Of a stretch of DNA of 28,390 nucleotides, positions 16,657 through 26,809 are shown piece by piece. The stretch is from Candidatus Hermodarchaeota archaeon. Its GTDB lineage: Archaea > Asgardarchaeota > Lokiarchaeia > Sigyniarchaeales > SOKP01. Every line of letters starts with the position of its first letter. Position 1 is the first letter of the stretch. The notes beneath the pieces are model-generated. The model saw only the letters and a program-made list of their open reading frames with translations, was not told the DNA's origin and did no database searches. The stretch lies in contig JBHLLG010000035.1 in NCBI GenBank assembly GCA_048885925.1, positions 1-28,390 of the forward strand, written 5' to 3'. Both the position numbers and the translations under genes were made by a program.

Positions 16657-16894
16657 CAAAACTATTACAGTAACAGTTAAATTTTTTGCTACTTTGCGAG
16701 AATACGGACCAGATAAGGAAGTTTTAACGATCCCTGAAAATAGTAAGGTTAAACTGCTATTTGACAAGCATAATATTCCAAAGGACGAGAGAAGGGCAAT
16801 AATTTTAGTTAATGGACGACCTCATAAAGACCTCGAGACAACGCTGAAGAATGGAGATTTAATAGCGATATTTCCCCCGATAGGGGGAGGCTAA
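16649..16894 (+). CDS. moaD: MoaD/ThiS/SAMP-family sulfur carrier
   Basis: VTVKFFATLRE ... ILVNGR ... LKNGDLIAIFPPIGGG. Overlaps the previous gene by 8 nt, in an operon with aor. Confidence 0.88.
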   Translation: MNNKTITVTVKFFATLREYGPDKEVLTIPENSKVKLLFDKHNIPKDERRAIILVNGRPHKDLETTLKNGDLIAIFPPIGGG

Positions 16895-16920
16895 TTGAAT
16901 CTTGCTCCAAATTTTAAATT

Positions 16921-16943
16921 TCTTTTTTTTATATTCTTTTTTT
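16921..16943 (+). terminator. Oligo-T tracts after the aor-moaD operon
   Basis: T8 (16923-16930) and T7 (16937-16943) directly after the last stop. Confidence 0.45.
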
Positions 16944-17225
16944 ATGATATATAAATTTATTAAAAATTTCTTTTAAGAACATTTAGTTTCCTAAAGAAAT
17001 ATTAGTTTGGAACTTAAAGCCAAACCATTTTATTTATTCCTTAGATTTCAATTAGTTTATAAAGATGGAGTAGTACTATTTATTTGTTCTGATATCATGA
17101 ACAAATAGATCTATTTTATAGAATATTAAATAAAAACTAAAATAGAATTTTTAAGATTACTTAATAAAGTAGTTATTCGTTCATAGAAGAGTTTTAGAAC
17201 ATAATTTCGAAGGCAATAATTAATT

Positions 17226-20200
17226 ATGGCGGTTAATAAAGAAAAGTTAAAACCAGACATTTCTGAAGACAGATGTCTATTGATACTAGAAAATGCTAGT
17301 GATTTAATAGGTATAATAAATCGAAATTTCAAGTTTGAGTATATTAATCAACAAGCATGTATAGATATTCTAGGTTATACAAAGGAAGAAGTAATAGGAA
17401 AATCTCCAATTGATTTTGTTTCTGAAGATGATAAACAAGGAGCATTTAAAGCTATGATTTCTGCTTATAAAAAAGGTGGAGGATTAGGTGAAATTAGAGC
17501 AAAGCATAAAAATGGAGATTATATTTGGTTGGAAGTTAAAGGAAGATCTTTTTATGATAATCTCGGGAACTTAAAAGGTGTTATTCTTGCTAGGGATATA
17601 ACTGAAAAAAAGAATTTGGAAAAAAAACTAAAAGAATCGGAGGAGAATTATAGATTAGTTACTGAAAATTCCAATGATGTTGTATCGATTCTTAATAGAA
17701 AATTCAAGGTTGAATTTATAAATGAGCGAGCTTTAGAAAAAGTTTTAGGATATTCAAAAGAAGACATGATTAAAAAGAAGGGTATATGGTTTGCGCATCC
17801 CGATGATCGAGAAAGAATTTTCAATGAATTTGTAAAAGTTTTTGATGGAAGAGAATTGATAACAGAAGGTAGGTTGAAACACAAAAATGGAAATTATATC
17901 TATACTGAATTCAGTGGAAATCTTTTTTACGATGAAAGAGGTAATCCAAAATTTCATTTAAGCGTAAGAGATATTTCAGAGAGAAAGAAAGCGGAAGATG
18001 AGCTTAAACAATCAGAAGAAAAATTTAGGGCAATTACTGAGCAATCATTCATGAGTATATTAGTTATACAGGATGGTTTTATAAAATACTTCAATGATCG
18101 TGTATCGCAATTAAATGGATATTCACGTGAAGAAATAGAAAAATGGGGTCCATATGAGTTCATGAAGGTGGTTCATCCTAATGATAAAAGTTTTGTTCTG
18201 GATCAGGCCAAGAAAAAGCAAGCAGGAGAGAAAGATGTTATTCCTCAATATAGATATCGCTTAATAAGAAAAGATAAAGAAATTAGATGGATTGAAAATT
18301 TTTCAAAGACTATTAATTTTGAAGGAAGACCGGCAGATTTAATCACCTCTATAGATGTTACAGATAAAATAGAAGCAGAAAGAAAGTTAAAGGAATCTGA
18401 GGAACGTTATCGTTTAATCGCAGAAAATTCAGATACAGTTATTTGGTCTACAGATATGAATTTGAATATGACGTATGTAAGTGCTAATAGCCCTAAGATT
18501 CTTGGTTATACTGCTGAAGAAGCAATCAAATTACCAATTAATAAGAGTTTAACCCAAGAATCTTTAAAAACAGTCACACAGATTTTTAAAGAAGAATTAA
18601 GAATTGAGAGAAAGAAAGAAAAAAATTTAAATCGTTCTCGCACATTTGAAACAGAACAAATTCATAAAAATGGTTCCATAATACCTGTAGAAATGACAAT
18701 AACATTTCTACGTGATGATAATTGTAAAGCCATCGCAATTCTCGGTATTTCAAAAAATATCTCCGAGCGTAGAAAGGCAGAAGAAGCAATAAAGATTGAA
18801 AAGAAATTTACGGAAGATGTGATCAATGCTTCAAATGACACGATTTTTGTATTTAATCCTCAAACAGGAAAAGCGATTCAGTGGAATAAAGCTTTTAATC
18901 AAGTGAGTGGGTATTCTGACGAAGAAGTAGCTTCATTGAAGGCTCCTGAATCATATTATAGTGAAGAAGATTTAATGAAAGCTGAAAAAGCAATACAAAA
19001 AGTATTACAAGGTGGAAAAGCAACCCTTGAAATGAAATTAATTACAAAAGATGGTTCTAAAATTCCATATGAGTATACAGGAACAGCACTTAAAGATACA
19101 GATGGAAATTTACTAATTGTATCTATTGGTAGAGACATTACCGAAAGAAAGGAAATAGAGCTAAAATTGAAAGAATCTGAAGAAAAATTTAGAGCTTTAG
19201 TTGAAACTACGAGTGATTGGATTTGGGAAGTCGATACAAACGGTATTTACACGTATTCTAATCCTAGAATAAAAGATATATTAGGTTATGAAGTCGAAGA
19301 AGTAATTGGAAAACATCCATTTGATTTAATGCCGAAAGGAGAAAGTGAACGTATAGAGATTATTTTCCAAAACACGAAACAAGAAAAAAATTCTCTTTTA
19401 AGTTTAGAAAATGTTAATATTCATAAAGACGGTCATTTAATCACACTTGAAACTAGTGGAATTCCTTTTTTTGATAAAAAAGGAGAATTACTGGGTTATA
19501 GAGGGATAGATAGAAATATAACAGAAAAAAAGCAAGCAGAAATTAAATTAAGAGAATCAGAACAGCTTCTCAAAGAAAGGGTCAAAGAGTTAAACTTATT
19601 GTTTGAAATTTCTAAGATTGCCGAAAATCAAAACTTATCATCTCAGGAATTCATAAAAGAGGCTATAAATCTTATTCCTACAGCAATGCAATTCCCAGAA
19701 TTAACAAGTATTCGTATAATATTTGATGATTATGAATTTAAATCTGAAAATTTCAAAAAAACAAAGAGGAAAATAGGAACTCAAATTAATATAAATAAGA
19801 AACGACTAAATATCGAAATTTATTATATAAAAGATTATCTATTCCTACCAGAAGAGAAGAATTTATTAGATGAAATCGGAAAACGGTTTAGAATTATCTT
19901 AGAGAAAAAAGAATCAGAACAAAATAGAAAGCTTGCTCGAGAAGAACTAGAAAAGTCCTTTGAAAAACTCAAAGAACTAGAAAAAATTATTAATAATAGC
20001 CCTGGTGTGTTATTTCTATGGAAAAATTCCCAAGGATGGCCTGTAGAATTTGTTTCTAAAAATGTAGATCAATTTGGGTATACTCAAGAGGATTTTTATT
20101 CTGGAAACGTTATCTATGGAGAAATTATACATCCTGATGATTTAGAAAGAGTTTCTGAAGAAGTAAATACGTATAGTAATGAAGACATCAATGAGTTTGT

Positions 20201-21077
20201 TCAAGAATATAGAATAATAACTAAATCTAAAGAAGTAAAATGGTTAGATGATAGAACTTGGATTCGAAGAGATTCTGAGGGTAATATTTCCCATTATCAG
20301 GGTATTGTGTTAGATATTACAGATCGTAAGGTAGCTGAGGAGGCTCTAAAAATGTCAGAAAAAAATTATAAGGATGCGTATGATAAAGCAAATTTCTACA
20401 GAGATCTCTTTACTCACGATATTAATAACATACTTCAAATTATCAATTCCTCAGCAGAACTAATTTCGCTTCAATTAGGGGATTCTGAAAAGTCTAAAAA
20501 TCTAGAAAATATGACAAAAATGATAAAAAGTCAAGTGGAAAGAGGTTCAAAGTTAGTTTCCAACGTTCGTACTCTTACAGAGCTTGAGCAGGAAAAGTTA
20601 AGTAAAATTCGAATAGATATTAATTTATTTCTTCAAAAGTCTATAGAATTTGTTAAAAAAGCGTATAGCGAAAGAATTCTAGATATTTCATTTAATCTTA
20701 CCAATGGAGAGAACTTTACTGAAGCTAACGTACTTCTTCAAGATGTTTTTGAAAACGTTTTAATCAATGGAATAAAATATAATGAAAATTCGAAGATAGA
20801 AATCTATATCAAAATTTCTAAAGAAAAATTTGATGGAAAGAACCATATTAAAATTGAGTTCGTTGATAACGGTATTGGTGTTGCAGATAATAGAAAAAAA
20901 ATCATATTTCAGCGAGGACACCGAGAACTTAAAGGATCTAAAGGAATGGGATTGGGACTTTCTTTAGTAAGTGAGATTCTTAAAACATTTAATGGTAAAA
21001 TTTGGGTAGAAGATAGAGTGAAGGGAGATTATACTAAAGGGAGTAAATTCATTATATTATTACCAGAATTAAAATAA
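17226..21077 (+). CDS. Soluble multi-PAS sensor histidine kinase (about 7 PAS/PAC units, one GAF-like segment, HisKA, HATPase)
   Basis: Repeated ESEE(K/R/N)(Y/F)R...LGY..EE...HP.D...DIT/DIS units; H-box DLFTHDINNILQ; N-box VFENVLINGIKY; G-boxes DNGIG and GMGLGL. No TM segments. Confidence 0.93.
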   Translation: MAVNKEKLKPDISEDRCLLILENASDLIGIINRNFKFEYINQQACIDILGYTKEEVIGKSPIDFVSEDDKQGAFKAMISAYKKGGGLGEIRAKHKNGDYIWLEVKGRSFYDNLGNLKGVILARDITEKKNLEKKLKESEENYRLVTENSNDVVSILNRKFKVEFINERALEKVLGYSKEDMIKKKGIWFAHPDDRERIFNEFVKVFDGRELITEGRLKHKNGNYIYTEFSGNLFYDERGNPKFHLSVRDISERKKAEDELKQSEEKFRAITEQSFMSILVIQDGFIKYFNDRVSQLNGYSREEIEKWGPYEFMKVVHPNDKSFVLDQAKKKQAGEKDVIPQYRYRLIRKDKEIRWIENFSKTINFEGRPADLITSIDVTDKIEAERKLKESEERYRLIAENSDTVIWSTDMNLNMTYVSANSPKILGYTAEEAIKLPINKSLTQESLKTVTQIFKEELRIERKKEKNLNRSRTFETEQIHKNGSIIPVEMTITFLRDDNCKAIAILGISKNISERRKAEEAIKIEKKFTEDVINASNDTIFVFNPQTGKAIQWNKAFNQVSGYSDEEVASLKAPESYYSEEDLMKAEKAIQKVLQGGKATLEMKLITKDGSKIPYEYTGTALKDTDGNLLIVSIGRDITERKEIELKLKESEEKFRALVETTSDWIWEVDTNGIYTYSNPRIKDILGYEVEEVIGKHPFDLMPKGESERIEIIFQNTKQEKNSLLSLENVNIHKDGHLITLETSGIPFFDKKGELLGYRGIDRNITEKKQAEIKLRESEQLLKERVKELNLLFEISKIAENQNLSSQEFIKEAINLIPTAMQFPELTSIRIIFDDYEFKSENFKKTKRKIGTQININKKRLNIEIYYIKDYLFLPEEKNLLDEIGKRFRIILEKKESEQNRKLAREELEKSFEKLKELEKIINNSPGVLFLWKNSQGWPVEFVSKNVDQFGYTQEDFYSGNVIYGEIIHPDDLERVSEEVNTYSNEDINEFVQEYRIITKSKEVKWLDDRTWIRRDSEGNISHYQGIVLDITDRKVAEEALKMSEKNYKDAYDKANFYRDLFTHDINNILQIINSSAELISLQLGDSEKSKNLENMTKMIKSQVERGSKLVSNVRTLTELEQEKLSKIRIDINLFLQKSIEFVKKAYSERILDISFNLTNGENFTEANVLLQDVFENVLINGIKYNENSKIEIYIKISKEKFDGKNHIKIEFVDNGIGVADNRKKIIFQRGHRELKGSKGMGLGLSLVSEILKTFNGKIWVEDRVKGDYTKGSKFIILLPELK

Positions 21078-21282
21078 GTACATCAATTTTACTTTATTTG
21101 TTTTTGATAAAGGAACGTTCAAGCCAAATTTTTGAAGCCTTTTATTAGTTTGGATTTTTATTTTATTTAAAATAAGTCAAAATAAAATTAATCAACTTAT
21201 TTAATATAATATAGTTAATCTATTTTGTTTATTATACTAGATTTTTAATTAAAGCAATCTAAGATATGTTTCCAAAGAACGG

Positions 21283-23244
21283 GTGAAATTATTGACCTCA
21301 ATTGAGAAATTTTTAATAAATTCAGAAGATTACATAAGGAAGCTTTTTGATGGGATTCCAATTTCAGTATATGTCTGGCAATATCAGAATAATGATTTTA
21401 TTTTAGTAGATGTGAACGATACTGCAAAAAAATATTCATTTTTTGATTCCAATTTAAGTTTAGGTATCAAAGCTTCAACTTTATTCAAGAAGAATCCCCA
21501 TATAATGCAAGATTTACAATTCTGTTATCAAAAACAAAAATCATTAACAAAACAATTAGAATATGTAATTGATTCAACTAATGAAGTAAAATTCTGGAGC
21601 ATTGGATTTAATTTTATTCCTCCAACGTTAGTTTTAATTCAAATAGATGATATCACTGATAAAAGAAAAGCTGAACAGCAATTAATAGATTCTGAAAATA
21701 AGTTAATGAATCTAAATAAAAAACTTGAACAACAAATTCAAAATCGGACAAAGAAGTTATATGAATCTGAAAAAAAATATCGTCAATTACTCGAAAATAT
21801 TGATGTTGGTTTTTATTCAGTGAGTATAGATGGTCGGATGTTAAATCATAACAAAGCCCACAATATAATTTTAGGTTATGATCCGTCTGAAAGTTTGAAA
21901 GATAAAGATGTTAGAATATTTTGGCAATACCCCGAACATAGAAAAGCTTACATAGAACAATTATTAAAGAATGGAGTTACAAAAAATTACATTTGTCATT
22001 CTTTAACTAAAAATGGTAAAAAAATAGTTGTAGAGTTGAATTCTCATTTAATTCGTGATGAAAATAAAAATCCAATAAGAATTGATGGAACATTTATCGA
22101 TATCACAGATAAGTTTAACTTAGAAAGGAAATTAAAAGAATCTGAAGAGAAATATCGATTAATTTGTGAAACCGCTTATGATTTAATTGGAATATTGAAC
22201 AAGAAATTTAAATATGAATATATTAATGAAAATGCATTTCAGCAAATTCTAGGTTATTCAAATAATGATCTTCTTGGAAAATCTGCTTTAAAGTTTACCC
22301 ATCCAGAGGATATGTCAAAGACGGCTAAAGCTTTATTTGAAGGGTTCAAAGAAGGAAAAGGAGGAACTGAATTACGATTTAAGCATAAAGATGGTCATTG
22401 GGTTTGGATTGAGGCAAAGGGTAAAACTTTTATTGATAAAGATGGTGAATTAAAAGCAATTATTATTTCAAGAGATATTACAGAACGTAAGCGAAATGAA
22501 GATGCTCTGAAAAAATCTGAAAAAAAGTATAAGAATGCCTACAATCAAGTAAATTTCTATAAAGATCTTTTTGCCCATGATATTAATAATATTTTGCACA
22601 TTATCACTTCATCAACTGAACTTCTAACATATCATTTAGATCGCTCTGAAAAATCTAAAATAATTGAAGATATTTTAAAAATTATTAAAAATACAACAGA
22701 AAGAGGAGCCAAATTAGTTTCCAATGTTCATATGCTTTCTGAACTTGAAGAAGAAGAAATTGAGATTCAGCCAACTGAAATTTGTGAGTTAATGAGAAGT
22801 TCAATAGTTTCTGTAAAAAAAGCATATTTTGATAAAAATATTGACATCAAAATTGATTGTGCCTATGATCATCTAACTGTTAATGGTAATAAACATCTAC
22901 AGGAGGTATTTGAAAACACCTTAATAAATGGAATAAGATATAATGACAATAAAGACATAGAAATTGAAGTTATAGTCTCTAAATCACTAATTAATGCGAA
23001 AAATTATATCAAAATGGAATTTATTGATAATGGTATTGGTGTACCAGATGAGAGAAAACAAATTATATTTAAACAAGGTAATCGAGAATTAAAGGGTTCA
23101 AAGGGGATGGGCTTAGGTCTCTCTCTCGTAAAGAAAATTCTAAAGGTCTTTCATGGAAAAATTTGGGTTGAAGATAAGGTAAGAGGAGATTCTACAAAGG
23201 GAAGTAATTTTGTAATATTAATACCAGAATTCAATGGAAAATAA
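21283..23244 (+). CDS. PAS sensor histidine kinase, about 3 PAS units (probable start TTG at 21292)
   Basis: PAS units ending DDITD, IDITD, RDITE; H-box DLFAHDINNILH; VFENTLINGIRY, DNGIG, GMGLGL. Confidence 0.93.
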   Translation: MKLLTSIEKFLINSEDYIRKLFDGIPISVYVWQYQNNDFILVDVNDTAKKYSFFDSNLSLGIKASTLFKKNPHIMQDLQFCYQKQKSLTKQLEYVIDSTNEVKFWSIGFNFIPPTLVLIQIDDITDKRKAEQQLIDSENKLMNLNKKLEQQIQNRTKKLYESEKKYRQLLENIDVGFYSVSIDGRMLNHNKAHNIILGYDPSESLKDKDVRIFWQYPEHRKAYIEQLLKNGVTKNYICHSLTKNGKKIVVELNSHLIRDENKNPIRIDGTFIDITDKFNLERKLKESEEKYRLICETAYDLIGILNKKFKYEYINENAFQQILGYSNNDLLGKSALKFTHPEDMSKTAKALFEGFKEGKGGTELRFKHKDGHWVWIEAKGKTFIDKDGELKAIIISRDITERKRNEDALKKSEKKYKNAYNQVNFYKDLFAHDINNILHIITSSTELLTYHLDRSEKSKIIEDILKIIKNTTERGAKLVSNVHMLSELEEEEIEIQPTEICELMRSSIVSVKKAYFDKNIDIKIDCAYDHLTVNGNKHLQEVFENTLINGIRYNDNKDIEIEVIVSKSLINAKNYIKMEFIDNGIGVPDERKQIIFKQGNRELKGSKGMGLGLSLVKKILKVFHGKIWVEDKVRGDSTKGSNFVILIPEFNGK

Positions 23245-23308
23245 TAATTTTTTAAAAAAAATATGTTTAAATTTAATATTTATATGACTAATCCTTTACA
23301 ATCTTTAT

Positions 23309-24691
23309 TTAAAGACCCATTTCGATAAGTTTCTCTTTATTTAATTTTGCATCTTCTTTAGATATTTTGTACATAAGAGCAAAAGCGATTGTACCTATTA
23401 AGAATATTACCATTGGAATTATTGACATTTGAAAGATCAAACCAAATTTAGCAGTATCACTATTTCCAGTTCCTAAAGCTGTATCATATCCCGTTATTCC
23501 TGAAACTATCGCAAAAATAATAGTTTGAAAAAAGTATGAAAATGCTGTAAAGAATTTCCATATACTTGTATAGCTTCCTTCTTCTCGTTTTCCAGAATTA
23601 ACAGTGGCATTATCTATCCCTTCTGCCCTCAATAAACCATATATTGCTCCAGAAGTTGCACTGAATCCAATACCATTGAAAGTATAAATAAAAATTAAAC
23701 CTGATAAGTTAGTAACAAAGAATAAGAGAAAAAAACCGATTATATTCAAAGACATTCCCAATATATAGGCTATCTTATTACCAATCTTTTTTGCTATCCA
23801 AACCCATAAAGGAGCTAGAGCAAATCCAACAAGATATAACATCATTAGCGGTATTGATGTATCTCCGATTTCTAAACCTAAACTATCTACAACAAAAAAG
23901 TTTAATCCATATAAGAAACATGCTCCACCGACAGCCCATGCAAAGCCACCGATAACAATTGCCATCCAATTTTTATCTCTAAAAACACGATTAAGTATCT
24001 CCTTTACCGAAGAAGACCCTTTCTCCGTTGCATCTAATTCAGCTCGAAAACTTTTCATTTCTTCTGGTTCGCGTATCCCAAAACTATAGGGAATAACAAA
24101 AATATAGGCAATAATAACTACAATAATAACTGCTCCTAAATATCCAATCCCATCAATTAAACTGGGAATCAAGCCATTGGCCACAATAGTAATGAAGCCA
24201 GCAATCATTGCTCCAATCCATATTACAAATCCTCTATGAGAAGATCCCCTAAATAAATCTGGAAATAATGCATTATGATTAATTTCAACACTAGTCATAA
24301 AAGTATCATGCAAAAGCATAGTAAGAATCAACCAAATCACTAAAATACCAATAGAAGATGAGATTTCAATATAACTAAAGACTAATATAATTGGTCCAAA
24401 AATTAATCCAATCATAATCCAAGGATATCTTTTTCCAAATCTAGATGTAAATCTTTTAGATCTATCTGCTAAATATCCGATTATTGGGTCATTTATGGCT
24501 TCTACAAATGAGTACACAAGATAAATCAATGCAATTGCTATTTGAGGAATTAATAGAACATCTGCAGCAAAATATTGAATTTGACCCCACATTGCAAATA
24601 AAAATCCAGTGCTAATACCTGATAATGAGAATAATACCATTCTTTTCTTAGTTAACGTTTCGGAATATCTAACTTTTTGAGCTTCTGCCAT
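23309..24691 (-). CDS. MFS transporter, GPH/MelB-like glycoside:cation symporter family
   Basis: About 12 hydrophobic helices; AINDPIIGYLADRS..SRFGKRYPW and GKREEGSY motifs. Confidence 0.88.
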   Translation of the reverse strand: MAEAQKVRYSETLTKKRMVLFSLSGISTGFLFAMWGQIQYFAADVLLIPQIAIALIYLVYSFVEAINDPIIGYLADRSKRFTSRFGKRYPWIMIGLIFGPIILVFSYIEISSSIGILVIWLILTMLLHDTFMTSVEINHNALFPDLFRGSSHRGFVIWIGAMIAGFITIVANGLIPSLIDGIGYLGAVIIVVIIAYIFVIPYSFGIREPEEMKSFRAELDATEKGSSSVKEILNRVFRDKNWMAIVIGGFAWAVGGACFLYGLNFFVVDSLGLEIGDTSIPLMMLYLVGFALAPLWVWIAKKIGNKIAYILGMSLNIIGFFLLFFVTNLSGLIFIYTFNGIGFSATSGAIYGLLRAEGIDNATVNSGKREEGSYTSIWKFFTAFSYFFQTIIFAIVSGITGYDTALGTGNSDTAKFGLIFQMSIIPMVIFLIGTIAFALMYKISKEDAKLNKEKLIEMGL

Positions 24692-24865
24692 TAAGATCTC
24701 TCTTTTATAATTTTTTTTAAAGTTGATGAATAAATTTAATTTTAGGTAAATAATTTCCTAATGATCTTGATTTTGACTTAATTATATTTAAAAATATCTT
24801 ATTAAATACGAAAAAGCGGTTTAATTGAAATTCAAAACACAATTGTTTCAAATTTTGGATAATTT

Positions 24866-25450
24866 TTAGTTTTGTGCCATCCAATCTCTCTTAAATAGTG
24901 AAAACCAAACTTCATCGACATATTTTCCATCAACATATGATTGTTCTTTAAGAATTGCTACTTGATTAAATCCCAATTTCTCTGCGGCACGAAGGGATCT
25001 CTTATTTGGGTTAAAGATGCGAGCATTGATCTTATGTAAATCTAACTCTGTAAATCCATAATTAATCAATAATTTTGCTGCTTCTCCTACTAAGCCCTTT
25101 CCCCAGTACTTAGGAATACCTATTCTTGCGTAAATAATAGCATTGCGATCTAACCAGTTGATTCTAACAAGTGCAATAACACCAATAGGACGCCTATCTT
25201 TTTTATGATAGATCACAAAAAAAATAGAATTTTTTGGACCTTGTTCATTGGAAGGTTCAAACCATTTTTTTACATCCTCCAAGGTCTCAGGGAATGATGT
25301 TCGAGCATAAATACGAACCTCTGGATCATTTTGCCATTTACAAAATAGATTGATCCATTTAGAATTTTGAGCTACTAAATCTATTCTTACTCCCTCAAGA
25401 AACGGGAATATTTCATTTTCTTTTCCATCTTCACTCGTCACATTATACAC
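24866..25450 (-). CDS. GNAT acetyltransferase, RimJ/RimL family (probable start GTG at 25441)
   Basis: W.NDPEVR, RPIG, YWGKGL, YGFTELDLHKI, N.RS.R.AEKLGF, YVDGKYVD. Confidence 0.9.
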   Translation of the reverse strand: MYNVTSEDGKENEIFPFLEGVRIDLVAQNSKWINLFCKWQNDPEVRIYARTSFPETLEDVKKWFEPSNEQGPKNSIFFVIYHKKDRRPIGVIALVRINWLDRNAIIYARIGIPKYWGKGLVGEAAKLLINYGFTELDLHKINARIFNPNKRSLRAAEKLGFNQVAILKEQSYVDGKYVDEVWFSLFKRDWMAQN

Positions 25451-25481
25451 CTAATAATTTGATAATAGAAGGTCTTAAATT

Positions 25482-26078
25482 TTAACCATTTTTTTTCTTT
25501 TTTTTTATCCAATCTTCTTTTAATAAGCGATATGTTTTATTATCAATATACTTCCCATCAACATACATTTCATGTTTTCGGATTCCCTCAAATTCAAATC
25601 CAATTTTTTCAGCAACAGTCCATGACCCAATATTTTGGACAGCAGCCCCTCCCTGCAATTTATGTAGATTTAACTCATTGAAAGCATATTCAACAAGTAA
25701 TTCTGTAACTTCTGTAGCAATATCTTTTCCCCAGTAATCAGATTCTCCAATTGTAAGACCTGCATTAGCCCAACCATTGACCCAATCTATATGATTTAAG
25801 CCTGTAGTGCCAATTGGTCGATTATCTTTTATATGCCAGATTTCAAAAGATATTTCCTTAGGAAATCTCTCACTAGCTCTATCAAACCTTTCTTTTTGAT
25901 CTTCAACGGTTCTTGGTGTGACATTTCGAGCATATAAGCGAACCTTTGGGTCATTACTCCATTTAGCGTAGAGAGGCACATTTAGTGAATTTTGGGGACA
26001 TAAATAAATTATCTTTCCTTTAATAAAAGGAATAGGTTCAATGTCATATTTAGATATTAATTCGTTTTCTTTTTCCAT
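25482..26078 (-). CDS. GNAT acetyltransferase, RimJ/RimL family
   Basis: WSNDPKVR, RPIG, YWGKDIATE, YAFNELNLHKL, AEKIGFEFEG, YVDGKYID. Confidence 0.9.
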   Translation of the reverse strand: MEKENELISKYDIEPIPFIKGKIIYLCPQNSLNVPLYAKWSNDPKVRLYARNVTPRTVEDQKERFDRASERFPKEISFEIWHIKDNRPIGTTGLNHIDWVNGWANAGLTIGESDYWGKDIATEVTELLVEYAFNELNLHKLQGGAAVQNIGSWTVAEKIGFEFEGIRKHEMYVDGKYIDNKTYRLLKEDWIKKKKKNG

Positions 26079-26121
26079 TCTTTTTACCTTTCGGATTACA
26101 TATAATTATTTAAAATATTTT

Positions 26122-26703
26122 CTATTGAGACTTTTTCCATTCGTCTTTAAAAATAATATAATTTAGAAGATCTACATAATCTCCATCAATATAGGTTTCT
26201 TTCTTGAGAGTTATCTCATGATGGAAATTATTTTTTTCAATTACTCGTAGAGAAGCTTTATTTAGACCAAAAGTCCTAGCTGTAATTTTATGCAAATTTA
26301 ATTCATTAAAGCCATAACCAACAACCAATTTTACCGCTTCAGTCGCAATATTTTGTCCCCAATAAGCTGATTCTCCAATAAGATAAAAAATGTGAGCGTT
26401 ACGAGTAAACCAATAAATTCTAATAAATCCTACTAGTCCAATTGGTCTAATATCTTTTTTATGGTAAACTTCAAAAAAGATTTCACTTTTAATTTCATTC
26501 TTATCAAATACAAATCTTTTTTTCACTTCTTCAATAGTTTGAGGCATATTATATCTCATGTATTTACGGATTTTGGGATCATTCATCCATCTAACATAGA
26601 GACTAATGTGATCAAAGCTAATAGGTCCAAGAGAGATTTGATCTCCGTCAATAAATGGAATAGATTTATATTTTTTTCCTTCTGACATTTCTTTAAGTAG
26701 CAA
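26122..26703 (-). CDS. GNAT acetyltransferase, RimJ/RimL family (possible start ATG at 26688)
   Basis: WMNDPKIR, RPIG, YWGQNIATEA, YGFNELNLHKI, NKASLRVIEK, YIDGDYVD. Confidence 0.9.
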   Translation of the reverse strand: MLLKEMSEGKKYKSIPFIDGDQISLGPISFDHISLYVRWMNDPKIRKYMRYNMPQTIEEVKKRFVFDKNEIKSEIFFEVYHKKDIRPIGLVGFIRIYWFTRNAHIFYLIGESAYWGQNIATEAVKLVVGYGFNELNLHKITARTFGLNKASLRVIEKNNFHHEITLKKETYIDGDYVDLLNYIIFKDEWKKSQ

Positions 26704-26809
26704 ACAACTGTTCTAGATTATAATTACACAAATGAACTATTAATTAATAAATCTAAGATTAGATAAGAATATTTTTAGAAACATATTTCAAAATGTTTTT
26801 ATTTATTAG

